Source: Dimorphilus gyrociliatus
Lineage: Eukaryota; Animalia; Annelida
Direction: 5' to 3'
Length of the DNA: 64,000 bases
NCBI GenBank assembly: GCA_904063045.1
Contig: CAJFCJ010000026.1
Span: forward strand, 598,964 to 662,963
The position numbers and the translations under genes were made by a program. Each line of letters starts with the position of its first letter. Positions within the stretch are counted from its first letter, which is position 1. The notes beneath the pieces were generated by a model that was not told the DNA's origin, searched no databases, and was given only the letters and a program-made list of their open reading frames with translations. Positions 1 through 13,479 of the stretch are shown piece after piece.

Positions 1-674
1 TAAAAAAGACTAATTGAATTGTTGGAGCGTTGATCTAACTGCCTACGAAGCGATCATACAAACGTAAATTGTTCATCTAAATTTGATTGGGATAAATGTA
101 AGCAAACCACGCGATACATCCGTCCATCACAAAGATTCAACAACAGCCAGCCCAGCCCTTCCTGTTAGCATCAATCAATCAGACATCAACAATGATAGAA
201 TGCTTATCTACGAGACAGAAGCACAAGTGCCATCAACAGGTATCTACCATTCGCAAGATGATTGCCTTAATAGATACTGGAGCCTCAATGTCTTTGATAA
301 GCCGTAAATTTCTCCTACGAACGTCATATAAACCAAAGCCAGATGAATAATGCTGTATTGACAAATCGTATACGAACAACTCGTTTCAGCCAGTTGTCTT
401 AGAACAAGTAAAATAATGTTGCCTCACTTAGATCCATTGTACGACATATATTGCTTACGTTGTCGATTGCCTACTAAGAAACAACCAGCTGTATACAGTT
501 GTACTCCTCATCATGGTCCTCTACAAATGTTTCGACGCAATAGTTTCACGTATATCAAGTACCCACTCGGTTGGTACCGAACCTCTCTCTCTCTCCAACC
601 GCCGAAGAACCCTATATGATAAATTGCATCTCATACACAGAAACGAGCAGTAGTGTTCATCACTTTCGTTCAAC

Positions 675-675
<1 letters not shown>

Positions 676-704
<29 letters not shown>
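676..704. repeat. (TC)n microsatellite
   Basis: Uninterrupted tctc run of ~14 units. Confidence 0.95.
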
Positions 705-705
<1 letters not shown>

Positions 706-759
706 AATGACATTCGTGCTATTAACCATCCTTCATAATAATAAATCTATGGCTAAAGG

Positions 760-1180
760 CGGATTTCAATCTATTCGACGACAAGCTAACATTTAACACC
801 GAATAGTTCAAAGGAATACAGACCCTGCTCGACAAGGATTACACTTGTCCTGTACCTGACGATGAAGTTGAATTTTATCTTCCACATCACGGCGCTAAGA
901 ATCTCAAGAAAGAAACCGTTCGAATCGTAATGCCAAGTACCACAGCCAGTCTTTAAATGTCTTACTGCCAGGCCCATCACTACTCACATGAAATCAATGT
1001 TTGTGAACGTCAGAGTACACATTCCTCTACTTCGGTTTCCTCTACGAAGATCCTACTGGGAAAGGTCATCTTCTCTCTTCTGTCATGACCCTTGATATAT
1101 TCGGATATTGGGAGCTACTAGTTCACCCTTTATAGCCTGTACTGCCCTAAACTCTGCTACAACACAACTACTTCGCTATC
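760..1180 (+). mobile_element. BEL/Pao reverse transcriptase relic
   Basis: Frameshifted translation FYLPHHG..KKETVRIV..AKY..SLN..LLPGPSLL matches the RT of the complete element (IYLPHHG...KIRIVFDGAAKYKGYSLNDTLMTGPSLL at ~25.3 kb). Confidence 0.8.
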
Positions 1181-1614
1181 AACCCAAGAAAAGCTTGTAA
1201 TATCTGATGAACGTAATCGATTGAACGAAATATGCTGAATACGAAACTGTTTAACAAAGTAAGAGACAAATTGAAACTAGGATAGATCTCGAAAGAATTT
1301 TTGGAACGGGCATGCCAGATTTATTCAGGTCATAATAAGGTGGAAAGAGACATTAGGAATTCAATCCCCCACCTCTCAAGCCACTCTATTTACATTGCCT
1401 TCGCCAGTGCAGTCGATGGTCATAATGCATGATGCCAAACTCACGTGATGATATGGCGTTGTATCATTCAAACTTAAAGACTGTATCATAACTTCATTCT
1501 CTATTGCATTGTTCATTATTCAGCAAATTTCCTTCAAATTATTAGCGATTATTGTCGAATATAAGATTATTCCAACTTAGTACCTACATACCGACGACAA
1601 CACATACAGTATAT

Positions 1615-2400
1615 GTTACATCTTTTAGAGTAAAAATTTGGGAAAAGCCGGAAATGACGTCACTGAAACTACCGTAGAATAGAACATTCGAAAGTGAAGA
1701 ACTGCTGAAAGGAATGAAGAAGTGGAAAAACTTGATAAGAAAAAAGGACGCTATAAAATTGTTAAATACAAAAGTTACTACTATTTGATGAATCCAAAGA
1801 GGTAATCATTAGCGAATCTTCTAATTGGTAGATCGATGAAAGGTTCATTAAAAAGTATGGTAAACACGAAATAAGATGGAAGAGAACTTTTGAGGACGAA
1901 CTGATCGTTGAAATTGTAGATGGGGAATAAATTGGAAACTATAAAACTAGTCAAAATTACTGCTTTTCTATATCCTTTCAAACAAATCAAATAGTGGAAA
2001 TATTTTAAAATTAGATGGAGATTTCGTTCTGCAAAATGATTTTTTTTGTTCCAAAGTTGTACTCAGCTTGATGCTAAAAATGTGAGATGAAAGATTCGTT
2101 ATCAAAACGAACAGACTGATGGGAAAGTCGTAAATTTTGGAGGGACATTTTCATGAAAAGACGACCATGAAGAAGATATTGTTTAAACCAAAATTTATTG
2201 AACGAAACCTAATCGACGACAATGAAGAGATTTGGTTTTAAACCAAAAATTATGAAAAGAGCCATCGGATGCTACACTTGTTCAATTAACCGCATCATAC
2301 ATAATATGAAGAAGATCTTGGCTTGTTTTAATCCGTTTTTTCGTTTCAGACTGTTTTCCTTCATATTGATCATTGATCTATTGTTACGCTTTTCTTAAAG
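1615..2400 (+). pseudogene. 5' part of the repeated Ig/FN3 gene family (copy 1)
   Basis: Starts with the family signature tttgggaaaagccggaaatgacgtcactgaa and has the gaagaagat..ttaaaccaaaattt internal repeats seen at 14.3, 18.7, 22.4, 27.8, 31.5 and 40.2 kb. Confidence 0.6.
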
Positions 2401-2479
2401 TAAGCCGAATAGAATGGAATGAGGAATGACTGGCAGACAATTTTTATGTTTTTATAATATTTTGCTTTTTATCGAAATT

Positions 2480-2830
2480 TATGAAGGAAACTGTTTGGAA
2501 AGAATAGACAGCTGAGAAGAGAAGAGAAGAGATGTTTTAGTATTTTTCCAGTTTTTTTTGTGAAGAAGATTGGGTAAACCAAATTTTCACTATGGAGTTT
2601 TGGAAATGAAGAATGCAAAAGAGAAAATACTATCTACATGATCGATAATTTGTCGTCGTCGATGGGAATATGCAAATGAATGATCCTAATTACATCACCA
2701 AAACGGTTAAGCATCAAGGTGTTTTGGTATGTGAAATACAATAGAAATAGAGGACTCTGCAAAGTGTGATGAATACATGAAAAAAATTGTATAAAGCCTT
2801 TTCCCCGACCAAAAAATGTATGAATTATAA
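2480..2830 (+). mobile_element. Tc1-like transposase relic
   Basis: DPNYITKTVKHQGVLV at ~2680-2730 resembles the Tc1 motif P.Y...TVKHGGGSVMVWG. Confidence 0.55.
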
Positions 2831-4197
2831 TGAAAGATATGGATCGACTTGAAGTAACATTTTTAGTGTTTACAAATTATTTTACGTCGATAACGTTAAA
2901 AATCCTACTTCAGCAAATATTTTTGCACGTTCCTTTCTCGAACATCACAAACAAGTGACGCTAAATTATTTTTCGAAACAAAACGTTTAATATAAATGTT
3001 ACATTAGCTTAATCCTACAAGATATTAGCATGACGTAGCCAAATATCGAATCAATGTTTATTTTTCCAAACCACTTTTAATTCAAAGACGTGAAGGAAGC
3101 CAAAAAATAGACGATAATAAAAATGTTCTGTATTGAACATCTTAGTTGAATTAGTATAATTTAAAACTTTGATAATAAATTTTAGAAAGAACCTAGCTTA
3201 GGACGCTTTAGAAGAGATTGCAGGCGCTTTACAGATACATATATTGGTATAAAGATAGAATATCGTGATAAAAAGAGAGACTCTTATTTATCTTTGACAA
3301 ACTTTCGACGTTGATAAAAGTGCAGTAAGAAAGGGAACAAAAGAATGAATTCACACGATTAGGCTATTTAAATTTCATAAAATCTATTGTTCATCAGTAG
3401 CGTGAATTGAAGATGAGAAAAGGATAGGAGATTTGCAAAGTTAGCGAAGAAAATTTAACAAATGACCTTTATTACAATAAATACAAAAAACACGATAAAG
3501 AAATAATAAAATTGTATCATTTTTCATTTTAATATGTTCTTTTTGTTCTTTTTTAGTGCGTTCTCCTTGTCAGCTGGAAGCGGAAACTTATACTTTTTCA
3601 TACATTTCTCTAATGTTCTTTGATAAAAGTATATATCAAACCGAAGTAACAACTTTCTCACGTACTTTATTATCTTTCAATCTTGGTCAAATTCTTCGTT
3701 TTTATCATTTATTTTAAAACTCATTTTGCAACTTCTTCATAAGTATTTTAGTATTTACCTAACGTTATTGCTTAGAGATATCTACTGATTTTAGGAAGAT
3801 TAATAATGAATTTTCATGAGAAATATTCATTAAATACGTCGAAATTGACAATATTACTAAATAAAACACAACTAAATATTGGAACGTTTAGTATTCGATA
3901 GTTCTTCTTAATTTGTATAATATTGAATTGACTCAGAGGAAACAGTGTCTTGTCCCTGAGAATTTTGAAAAGAAGAACAATAGATACCTATTTTTTCAAA
4001 GAAGATTCAAGTTGAAATGTTCTAACTGATAAACGATAAAAAATAGTGGATTAATGTAAAGAACAAAATTGTTCTAAAATACGAGCGGATGTACGTACAT
4101 GTTCTTTTACTCTTTTCTTAAATTGTTCTATAGAATTTGTTATGCATATCGAACAAAATAAATCTCACTTTATTTATTGTATATAGAGAAATTGTTA

Positions 4198-4560
4198 TTA
4201 TATTTTCGCTTTATCATTTTTAGTAGGTGAAACCTTTAAGTTCTTTTTGCGCTTACCTCGAATTCCGGACAAAATACTGTGAATAGGTTGCTTTGGTATG
4301 CTAAAATCAATAGCTTCCAGAATCTTTCGTACTGATACCTCTTCTTGATTTTCTTCCATTCGCTTTAACTCTCTTCTTACCCGACGTTTTATTTCGTCTG
4401 ATATCTTCCTGGACTTTTCAACTTTAACATTTCCTTCAGGTTTACAAATGTATTGTATTAGCGACGCTCTAGTATCATATATCCTTGCTATTTCGCTGAG
4501 TGACATTCCCTTTTTTCTCCTTTCTAAAATTGCTTTTTCGATCTCACAATTAAATCTCAT
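4198..4560 (-). mobile_element. Tc1/mariner transposase N-terminal HTH fragment
   Basis: 120-aa ORF: ILERRKKGMSLSEIARIY...SRKISDEIKRRVRRE...SVRKILEAIDFSIPKQPIHSIL fits the bipartite HTH; no DDE domain follows. Confidence 0.6.
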
Positions 4561-5103
4561 GACGACCAGTCGTTGAATGGAACATTTCTAGCCGCCGTTC
4601 TCTTTAGAGAACATTAATGTAGACAAAAAACACTTTTGCAGAGAATATTTTTTCAGCGCCAAATTTAAAAAAACATTCCAGAGCCAATGTAAAGCTAAAT
4701 AGAATTTTCGTCTAGTATTTAGGAATAATGAATGATAAATAAACTTGAAATTGGAAAAAAAGAGACATTTAACTCTTTATAATTGAAAAATTCAAAACTT
4801 GAATGACAGGAAAAGAAACATTTAAAAAACAAAACATTTGAAAACTAAGGAGAAATGTTCTCCAACGAATACTTCGATGATCACGTGATAATTACCTATA
4901 AAAATCATAGCCACCATGTTTGTTCGATGGCCAATTATCGATTGATGAATGAACGATTTATTAAATATGATAGAATAGTTTTGTAATATATTTAGTGACA
5001 TATTTCTTATCCTAATCAATTGGCTATGGATTGATTACGGAAAATTCCAGGACAGTATTTGACAAAGGTAAGTTGAAGAAAAACTGGAAAATATTATTTA
5101 TAT

Positions 5104-6516
<1,413 letters not shown>

Positions 6517-6563
6517 ATGAAAGCCAAAAAGGCATCTATCTGTTAAGTAGGCCACTTATTTAG
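6517..6563 (+). pseudogene. trnN: NUMT 1: mitochondrial tRNA-Asn remnant
   Basis: Anticodon arm tctat-ctGTTaa-gtagg between cox1 and cox2, the usual annelid position. Confidence 0.6.
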
Positions 6564-7016
6564 ATGATAACCTGATCTCAATTATCATTTCAAGACGCTC
6601 TATCACCCACTATATCCCAACTGATTTTCTTTCACGACTACGCCATAACTCTTCTATTCCTAATTATTACCCTCATTTTCTATGCATTCATTGCCCTATT
6701 CTTTAATAAACTGTATGAGCAGTTGTCCCAGCTCTTTCACTACTCTTTCTAGCCCTTCCATCTCTTCGAATTCTTTACCTAATAGACGAAACAAACGACC
6801 CAGCTATCACCCTCAAAATTATAGGACACCAATGATACTGATCTTATGAATATTCAGACTTTAATAATCTAGAATTTGACTCTTATATAATCCCCACATA
6901 CGACTTATCCCTCTGGAGACTATCGACTTCTCGAAGTAGATAACCGAGTAGTTCTTCCCTATAACTCTACCGTTCGAGCCATCATCTCAGCAGCAGATGT
7001 AATTCATTCATGAGCT
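6564..7016 (+). pseudogene. cox2: NUMT 1: cox2, 5' two-thirds
   Basis: WSQLSFQDALSP...FFHDYAM...LKIMGHQWYWSYEYSDF...[11 protein letters not shown]...AADVIHSW, then an abrupt switch to nad5. Confidence 0.95.
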
Positions 7017-7380
7017 TGGAGATGTCCTAATTCTTCTATCAATTGCTATAGTTCAATTCTCCAACCAATGAAACGCCCTAACTATTAATCATTCCCTACC
7101 TGCAATCACTGCTATACTACTTATATTCGCAGCTATGACTAAAAGAGCACAAGTACCTTTCTCTTCATGACTTCCTGCTGCTATGGCGACCCCTACCCCA
7201 GTCTCAGCTTTAGTACACTCATCCACTCTAGTAACAGCAGGTGTATTCTTATTATACCGATTCCATCCCTTTCTTTATTCATTCCCTAACTAGCAGAACA
7301 AGATCTAAAAGAAATTGTAGCTCTATCAATCTTAAGGCAACTAGGAGTAATAATAGCGAGATTAGACCTAAAAATTCCCA
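7017..7380 (+). pseudogene. nad5: NUMT 1: internal nad5 fragment
   Basis: GDVLILLSIA...[45 protein letters not shown]...EQDLKEIVALSILSQLGVMM. Confidence 0.93.
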
Positions 7381-7386
7381 AGTAGC

Positions 7387-7449
7387 ATCTCTTTAGTATA
7401 AATCGTACATGTTCCTTCCAAGAATAAAGTCCGAAACAGGGAAGAGATA
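7387..7449 (+). tRNA. trnG: NUMT 1: mitochondrial-type tRNA-Gly (TCC), nuclear copy, presumably non-functional
   Basis: Perfect acceptor stem atctctt/aagagat, anticodon arm tgttc-ctTCCaa-gaata; immediately 5' of the cox3 ATG. Confidence 0.85.
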
Positions 7450-7940
7450 ATGCTACGTTCCCCTTTCCATCTCGTAGAATACAGACCATGACCCCTAACA
7501 GGCTCTTTAGGAGCCCTATGCATTACCATTGGACTTACATCTTGATTTCATAACCTCGGAAAGGGACTTTTTATTATAGGACTAATTCTAGTAATCATAA
7601 CTATATTCACATGTAAATACTGTATTCACTTTCTTTCATAGAAGACTGGCCCCAACAGCTGAATTAGGATGCTCTTGACCCCCCACAGGAAATACTCCAA
7701 TTAACCCATTTAGAGTACCCCTTCTAAATACCTCACCACGCCTTAATAGATCAAAATCACCCTAGAACTATTCAAGGCCCAGCTCTTACTTTACTTATTT
7801 CCAAGGACTAGAATACTGAGAAGCTCCTTTCACTATCGCAGATAGAGTATTCGGCACAGCATTCTTTGTAGCAACTGAATTCCATGGCCTACATGTTCTT
7901 ATTGACTCCCTATTCCTATTTACCTGCCTCTACCGAATTA
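7450..7940 (+). pseudogene. cox3: NUMT 1: cox3 with internal deletions
   Basis: MLRSPFHLVEYSPWPLTGSLGA...INPFSVPLLNT...[31 protein letters not shown]. Confidence 0.95.
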
Positions 7941-8099
7941 GAGCTATTTATAGCATTTATATTAACTATCAATTTCGCAATCAATTATAGATCTTGAATA
8001 TCTTTAATCATTTTTCTAATCTATAAACTGACAAAGTACAATGTAAATCGTTCAAAAACCTACTCTACCGCTTTCGACAATCAAGTAACAAAGGCAATA

Positions 8100-8420
8100 G
8101 TCGTCTCTACACAAGTTTTCAGAAAAGATGGAAGAGGCGAGAGAAGTGGGTATCATTCAAAACTATAAAGATCGACGCAAACCAAACAATAGAACCCATA
8201 AATCTGATTATAGCAGACTTCCCCTCCATAATAAAAGGATTCTGGCCTAAAATGAGTCCTAAGATTTACAAATAATTGTCGTTTACCAATATAAGATCAA
8301 TTGAAGGAATCAAACACGTCAACATACAAACTAGAACTACCTCAACGTTACCTATTTAAAACGGTTCAGAATTCTATGCAATAGAGAAATTAATAAAACC
8401 ATATTCTCTAATAAAAGGAG
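8100..8420 (+). mobile_element. BEL/Pao RNase H-integrase junction relic
   Basis: WVSFKTIKIDANQTIEPINL...IKGFWPK; homologous to ~30290-30400 and ~36260-36360. Confidence 0.6.
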
Positions 8421-8499
8421 AAGAGGATATAAAAAAGATGTTTGTCAACCTATCATCACGAAACACAACATCTACAACATCGTTATCGTCATACTCTCT

Positions 8500-8660
8500 G
8501 ATGGTTGAGGTCCAATTGATTTTAAATAAATGGGGAAAAGAACCATAGAATGACGTTAAATTCATAAATAATTGACTACTAAGTTGGACAAAATGACGAA
8601 AACTACAACCGATAGTCGTTTCAATAAATCATCAGTTTCTGGTAAATCAAAAGTTTAAAC
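8500..8660 (+). pseudogene. FN3-domain relic of the repeated Ig/FN3 gene
   Basis: gaaaagaaccatagaatgacg...aaaatgacgaaaactacaaccgatagtcgtttcaataaatcatcagtttctggtaaa is homologous to the FN3 exon at 28.8 kb. Confidence 0.65.
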
Positions 8661-8759
8661 TTTTAAATTAAAATGGAAACATCTATTCTATCGAAAAATT
8701 GGATACTAATTAATTAATTAATATCAGTAAATACAAAAGTTACCGATCAGGAGTGGTGT

Positions 8760-9060
8760 TCATTGTTCACCACAGAAACGCCACAATTCCTTCCCGAACT
8801 AGAGGGTTATTTAAGAAAATTTCCCCAAATTCACCCTCCATTGTGTCGATCTTGTTAGCGTCTAAAATTGGCAAATATAGCTGCCACGTCATTACATTAC
8901 GTTGAACTTCCACTAGGTGCAATTTTAGGGAACAAATGAGATGTATATTTTCACACTTCCGTTCATGCGTTACTATCAAGGCGTTTTGCCCGAAGTGGCT
9001 AACTCAAGCATTGTCATGTCGCATCTGGGGCTTTCCCTTTGCTCTTCATGGATCATACTT
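8760..9060 (-). pseudogene. Unidentified multicopy minus-strand ORF family (family U), copy
   Basis: LVEVQRNVMTWQLYLPILDANKIDTMEGEFGEIFLNNPLVREGIVAFL aligns with the 38.9-39.1 kb copy YPVEVEPDLTTWLLQSPVFDPDKVEALDVEFRKGCINAPLIREEIIAFL. Confidence 0.65.
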
Positions 9061-9169
9061 GTATCAATTTAATAAGCTTTTTGCTCTTTCCAATCGGAGT
9101 GTCAACAATTGCAGATGTATTTGTTCATTCTACTCTCCTTCGTCCCCTTTGTCTACTTATTTTCGCCGC

Positions 9170-9680
9170 TCTCCTTCTTTTTCGAATGCTATGTTGATAA
9201 ACGAAAAGAGACAATTGAAGAAGATGTTAAACCGAAATTTATCAATGAAATATAATCAACGAAAATCAAGAGATTTTGTTTTAAACCGAAAGTTATCAAG
9301 GTAACCATCGGAAACTGTAGACTTACGAAAGAAGAGAACGTTTTAAAATTACAGCAAAGTGTATGAAAACTTTCCGATCGTACGTTATTCTGTTGAATAG
9401 AAATTAACCACTGGAACGCATAAGAACTGATAGAGACTGAATGCGAATTGGATGTTGGTAAACCTCCAGTGATTTAAAGACAACCGTCAAATATTAATAT
9501 GAATAAATAGCTTCAATAATATATTGGTTGTAGTCCATATCCAAAACACAGAAGCTTCTCGCATAGGCAGATATTCCTCTAAAGCTATGAAACACCATGA
9601 TATTCTCGAAAATCTTGTATCGAAAACATAAAAAATCCGAGTTATTTAAAATGGAAATATATTAACAAATACAATGTAGT
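9170..9680 (+). pseudogene. Ig I-set domain relic of the repeated Ig/FN3 gene
   Basis: ETECELDVGKPP / *FKDNRQI / ILVVVHIQNTEASRIGRYSSKAMKH: I-set hallmarks C..GKP.P, W(to stop)FKD and L.I.N....G.Y.C.A.N; second copy at 28.35-28.55 kb. Confidence 0.75.
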
Positions 9681-11744
9681 TGTTATTCAGAATACATTCA
9701 TCGGATGTTGCGGGTATTTAGAAATAGACATGTATTATTGTTTTGAACAGTTAGAATTCAATTCTCTTGAAAATGAGAATTTTATTGAAAAAAAGAGGAA
9801 AATCTTTACAAAAATATGTTTTTGTTATTGCATCAAGTAGTTTTTGATAGTTTTTAGTGAAAGCATTAGAAGGATAGATGAGTTTAGAAAATATTTTATG
9901 TTTTAAAATAAGTTAAAAAGCAATTGATTTTATAAAAATGTGTGAATTATGAAAAAGAAAATTTGAATTTTAAGAGGGAAGTGAATGGCTTCGTAATATA
10001 ATTAATTTTACAAACAAGATCCATTTTATGACGAGGAAAGAATTTTAGTCGATATAATTTTTTTGGAAATAGGTTAAACAATATGATTTTGATAAAAATT
10101 CGAGAATGCCTCTAAAACAAAGCATTCAAGGGGAGATGTCGAAGGTGAACCGAAAAAAAATATGGCGGATTCATAAGAGTTTATGTAATTAAAAAATAGA
10201 CACCATGTTTGAATTAATTGAATGTCGTAAATGGTTTAAGATATCTTGAAAGACGACTGTAATCAGCGGAGGTCACTCTTTCCTTTTTGCTCGAGAGGCC
10301 GACGGAGCAACATCTCTGCCAAACTTTCCGTTCATAGGACAATGAAGACAAAGCTTGAATGAATGATGCTCAACCAGCTGATGGTATGTTAATATTAATA
10401 GCGAATAATAAGCAATGTAGTTAATTAATTATTTTCCTTTTATTTCAAGGTGCAATGAAGATTTGAAGGTAAATGAACAGAACGTTATACATTATGTGTT
10501 AGTGTGAGTCAGTGAATGTATGTCAATATGTTAGCGTCACTTAAAAGGGGAGCTTGACTTTGCCAAAGTTAGGACAGTAGATAGAGAGCAACGTGGCGCA
10601 AACGTGGCAACACGAATGAGCAGTGTCAAGCACCCAGTTAAGTGACACTAGCAAAGGTAAAAAAAAGAGAGTGAATGTATCTAAACGTAGTGAGAAAGCT
10701 TTTTATATTAAATGAAGGACAGTTATAATTAACATTTGATTTCAAAAACCTGACAGAGATTGAATATGATCAGGCTTAAGATTAGAATTTGTGAACGCGC
10801 TTTTGAACGTTTATGCCTTGAAAATTTCCCACCTACGTACGTCTAGACAAAAACTCGTGACTCTCAGTACAGTCAGGACGACCAGATTTGGAAATACGCC
10901 TTTTCATTCTCTTGTAATTTGTAAGTATCGTCTTTTTAAACAATATCTGCTCTTTTTTATTATTGATGTTTGAATTTTTCTTTCTTTTTTTTTTTAGACA
11001 CAGGACTTTTTTCTTTCTTCGCAAAGATTAATTTCTTTGGCCTCTTGAATTGACTCGAATCCAACTTGAACCAGCGATTGGCAGAACATTTTTGATTTTG
11101 GTTTGATTCATCGATGTTTTACAGCATCTGGGTGATTTCCGTAATGGTTATCAACCAAGTTGGACTTTTAAGTTCGGCTTAACAACACGTTCAACATTTG
11201 GGTATATCATCGTTAACTGCGAAATTGTTGCTTTGTATTCTGACTTGATTATTACAAGAGCAAATTTCGAAATGAATAAACCAATTATGACCATAGATTT
11301 GTTGTTGTTGTTATTATCTACTTTATATTTATCAAAGAATTTTCCTTGAAATTAAGTCCTTTTAAAAAGTATAACTACGTTAGTAATAGGTTCTCTTGGT
11401 TGACTATCTGTTATCGTATTAGTCAATTAATCTAGCTCTTGATTAAAAATGTGATTAATTGATGCTTATTTATTGATTCGTGTGATACCTTTTTTGGTGA
11501 CGGGCGATGTGTACACATCTTAATTGTTTATTACACTTATAGGTGTAATTACTACTAGGTCCACCTTCATTTCTAGGAAATTCGTATCTTTATGAAGATT
11601 GTAACCCATCTCTTCCTTTCCATAGTCTACATTTTGACCTGACGTAGTTATTTAAAAGCTAATTTCTTTTTATTTGGTAATAAGCTGGAAACGGCAATAT
11701 ATAGGATGATTTTTCAAGGAAAGGTAAAAATATAATCGTGGATT

Positions 11745-12415
11745 ATCAAATTAAAGGACAGGTTCCCTTAGGAGTTTAAGATACCGCCAAATTTTTTGAG
11801 TTTCTTAGAATAGCTAGAGGCAGTGAGGTAGTTAGTGATATGAATAACGAAGAGGCAATTAATGGAATTTCAGCTCCAAGATTGAGGAATGGGGGAGCTC
11901 CTATATCCAATAAAGAATCATATTATAGACATGGCTGGTGCGAATATTAGGATTCCTTTATTAATAATAAGGGCTCGGGAGTTTGTTATTTCGTAGGCTG
12001 TTCTAGTTATAAATAGGGAGATTGATCATCAGAAATTGATAGACGGGGATAGTGATGTTTGAATTATGGAGAATTCTTGCGATTGAATACGAGTTATTAG
12101 AATATTTTAGTAATAGGGGGAGCGAAGCTCTTATGGTATAAATGATGAAGTAGGTGCCTGCTTGTAGTCGTTTGGGTTGTTACCCTCATTTTTGGATAAG
12201 GAATAAGGTAGGAATTAATGTAAATTCGAAAGTAAAATAGAATGTTAGGGGAGATTTTATAGAGAATGCTAGAGTGATAGATGTGAATAGGGCTATAATT
12301 GATACAATAAATAAGGATCTGTTATTTCTTTTAGTGATTTTCAGTGAGGCCATGATTATAAGGGCGGTAATTCATAATAAGGATGATTAGGGTGAATGAT
12401 ACATTATCTATAAAC
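11745..12415 (-). pseudogene. nad4: NUMT 2: nad4 fragment with deletions
   Basis: LWITALMIMAS...[42 protein letters not shown]...NLGAEIPLI. Confidence 0.9.
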
Positions 12416-12419
12416 AATA

Positions 12420-12830
12420 AATTTGATGAGTAGGTAGAGAATATAGATATTGCTGTTATAGGCCTGATAATTATTATAATTATACCAATTAGAACATAAG
12501 TGTCTTCTACTGGGCATCCTCCAATTCATGTTAGAATTAGGATATTGGCTACAAAGATTCAAAATAGAATTTGATTAGGGAAGGAGAAAGCAATTCCTCG
12601 AGATTTAGGTCTTGCCGAGAATGGAGGAGTAAGAAGTACTAATACCGTGGCGGCTCAAAATCTTATTTAGATGCTCCTCCGTCCATTTGCGGATAAAATA
12701 CTATAAGAAATAAGTTAATCTGGATAGAATCAACAGATAAAGAAGAAAGTGAATTAATACGATACTACATAGAGATTTTATTCGATGAAAAAGGTGAAAT
12801 CATGGGTTTAAATGGGTAGAAACGTATAAA
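12420..12830 (-). pseudogene. cob: NUMT 2: cytochrome b, heavily deleted
   Basis: MSFWAATV joined directly to the C-terminal region [25 protein letters not shown]. Confidence 0.85.
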
Positions 12831-12939
12831 GAAGACGCTTGAGATGATGACTAGATACTCAGACCAGCAAATGAAAATAAAGCTATTTAAAAAGCAGGAT
12901 TTTTACCTCTACAATAACGATGGAGTTACAACTCTTCTT

Positions 12940-13400
12940 CTTTAATAATTTCTTCTCAAATTAGACGGCCATTTAAGCATAAATTTACATAAATTCGTTT
13001 TTCAATGTTTTGACCGTATGAGGTCAACTTCTGATGAATGTGGCTGCCACATCATTAGATTACATTCAACTTCCACTGGGTACCTGATAGAGATTAGTTA
13101 TTTGTATATTATCAATCTATAGATTATCTGTTAACGTTCCAACCATTAGTATGTAGCATAAAAGGCTTTCCTCTTGTAGTATTTACTGCATTGCTGATCG
13201 TGGATTTGTATTTGTAGCGATTCCACCAATTATTATTTTCCGTCGGTGTCTCAACAGTAGTAGGTGTATTAATCCTTTCTCGCCCCGTTCGTTGCCTGTC
13301 TTTTTCCGCTTCCTGTCAAACATTTGCGGTTGTCTTCGTCATCTTCTACCGCAATTAGTTTCAAATACACTTTAATACACTTTATTCTTGAAAAGAAAAT
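12940..13400 (-). pseudogene. Family U copy
   Basis: IRYPVEVECNLMMW and upstream LVESLQIQIHDQQCSKYYKRKAFYATY; shares caacttccactggg with the 8.9, 39.0 and 41.0 kb copies. Confidence 0.55.
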
Positions 13401-13479
13401 ATGATACATGACTACAATTAAATAATCAGGATATTGAAGATCGAATAGATTAGTGCATTCCGGATAAACAGTTTTTAAT

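Noticed and set aside
83-620. Possible LINE 3' end (ORFs 83-307 and 416-619; HLDPLYDIYCLRCRLP resembles the HPLH..F.LLPSGRR tail)
   Set aside because: No RT or endonuclease motif visible; the similarity is too weak to call
4860-5070. Possible piggyBac-like transposase tail (MANYRLM...WLWIDY)
   Set aside because: Only loose resemblance, needing several frameshifts; catalytic motifs not seen
10270-11300. Exon-like pieces with splice signals on both strands
   Set aside because: All frames are interrupted and I recognise no domain or second copy
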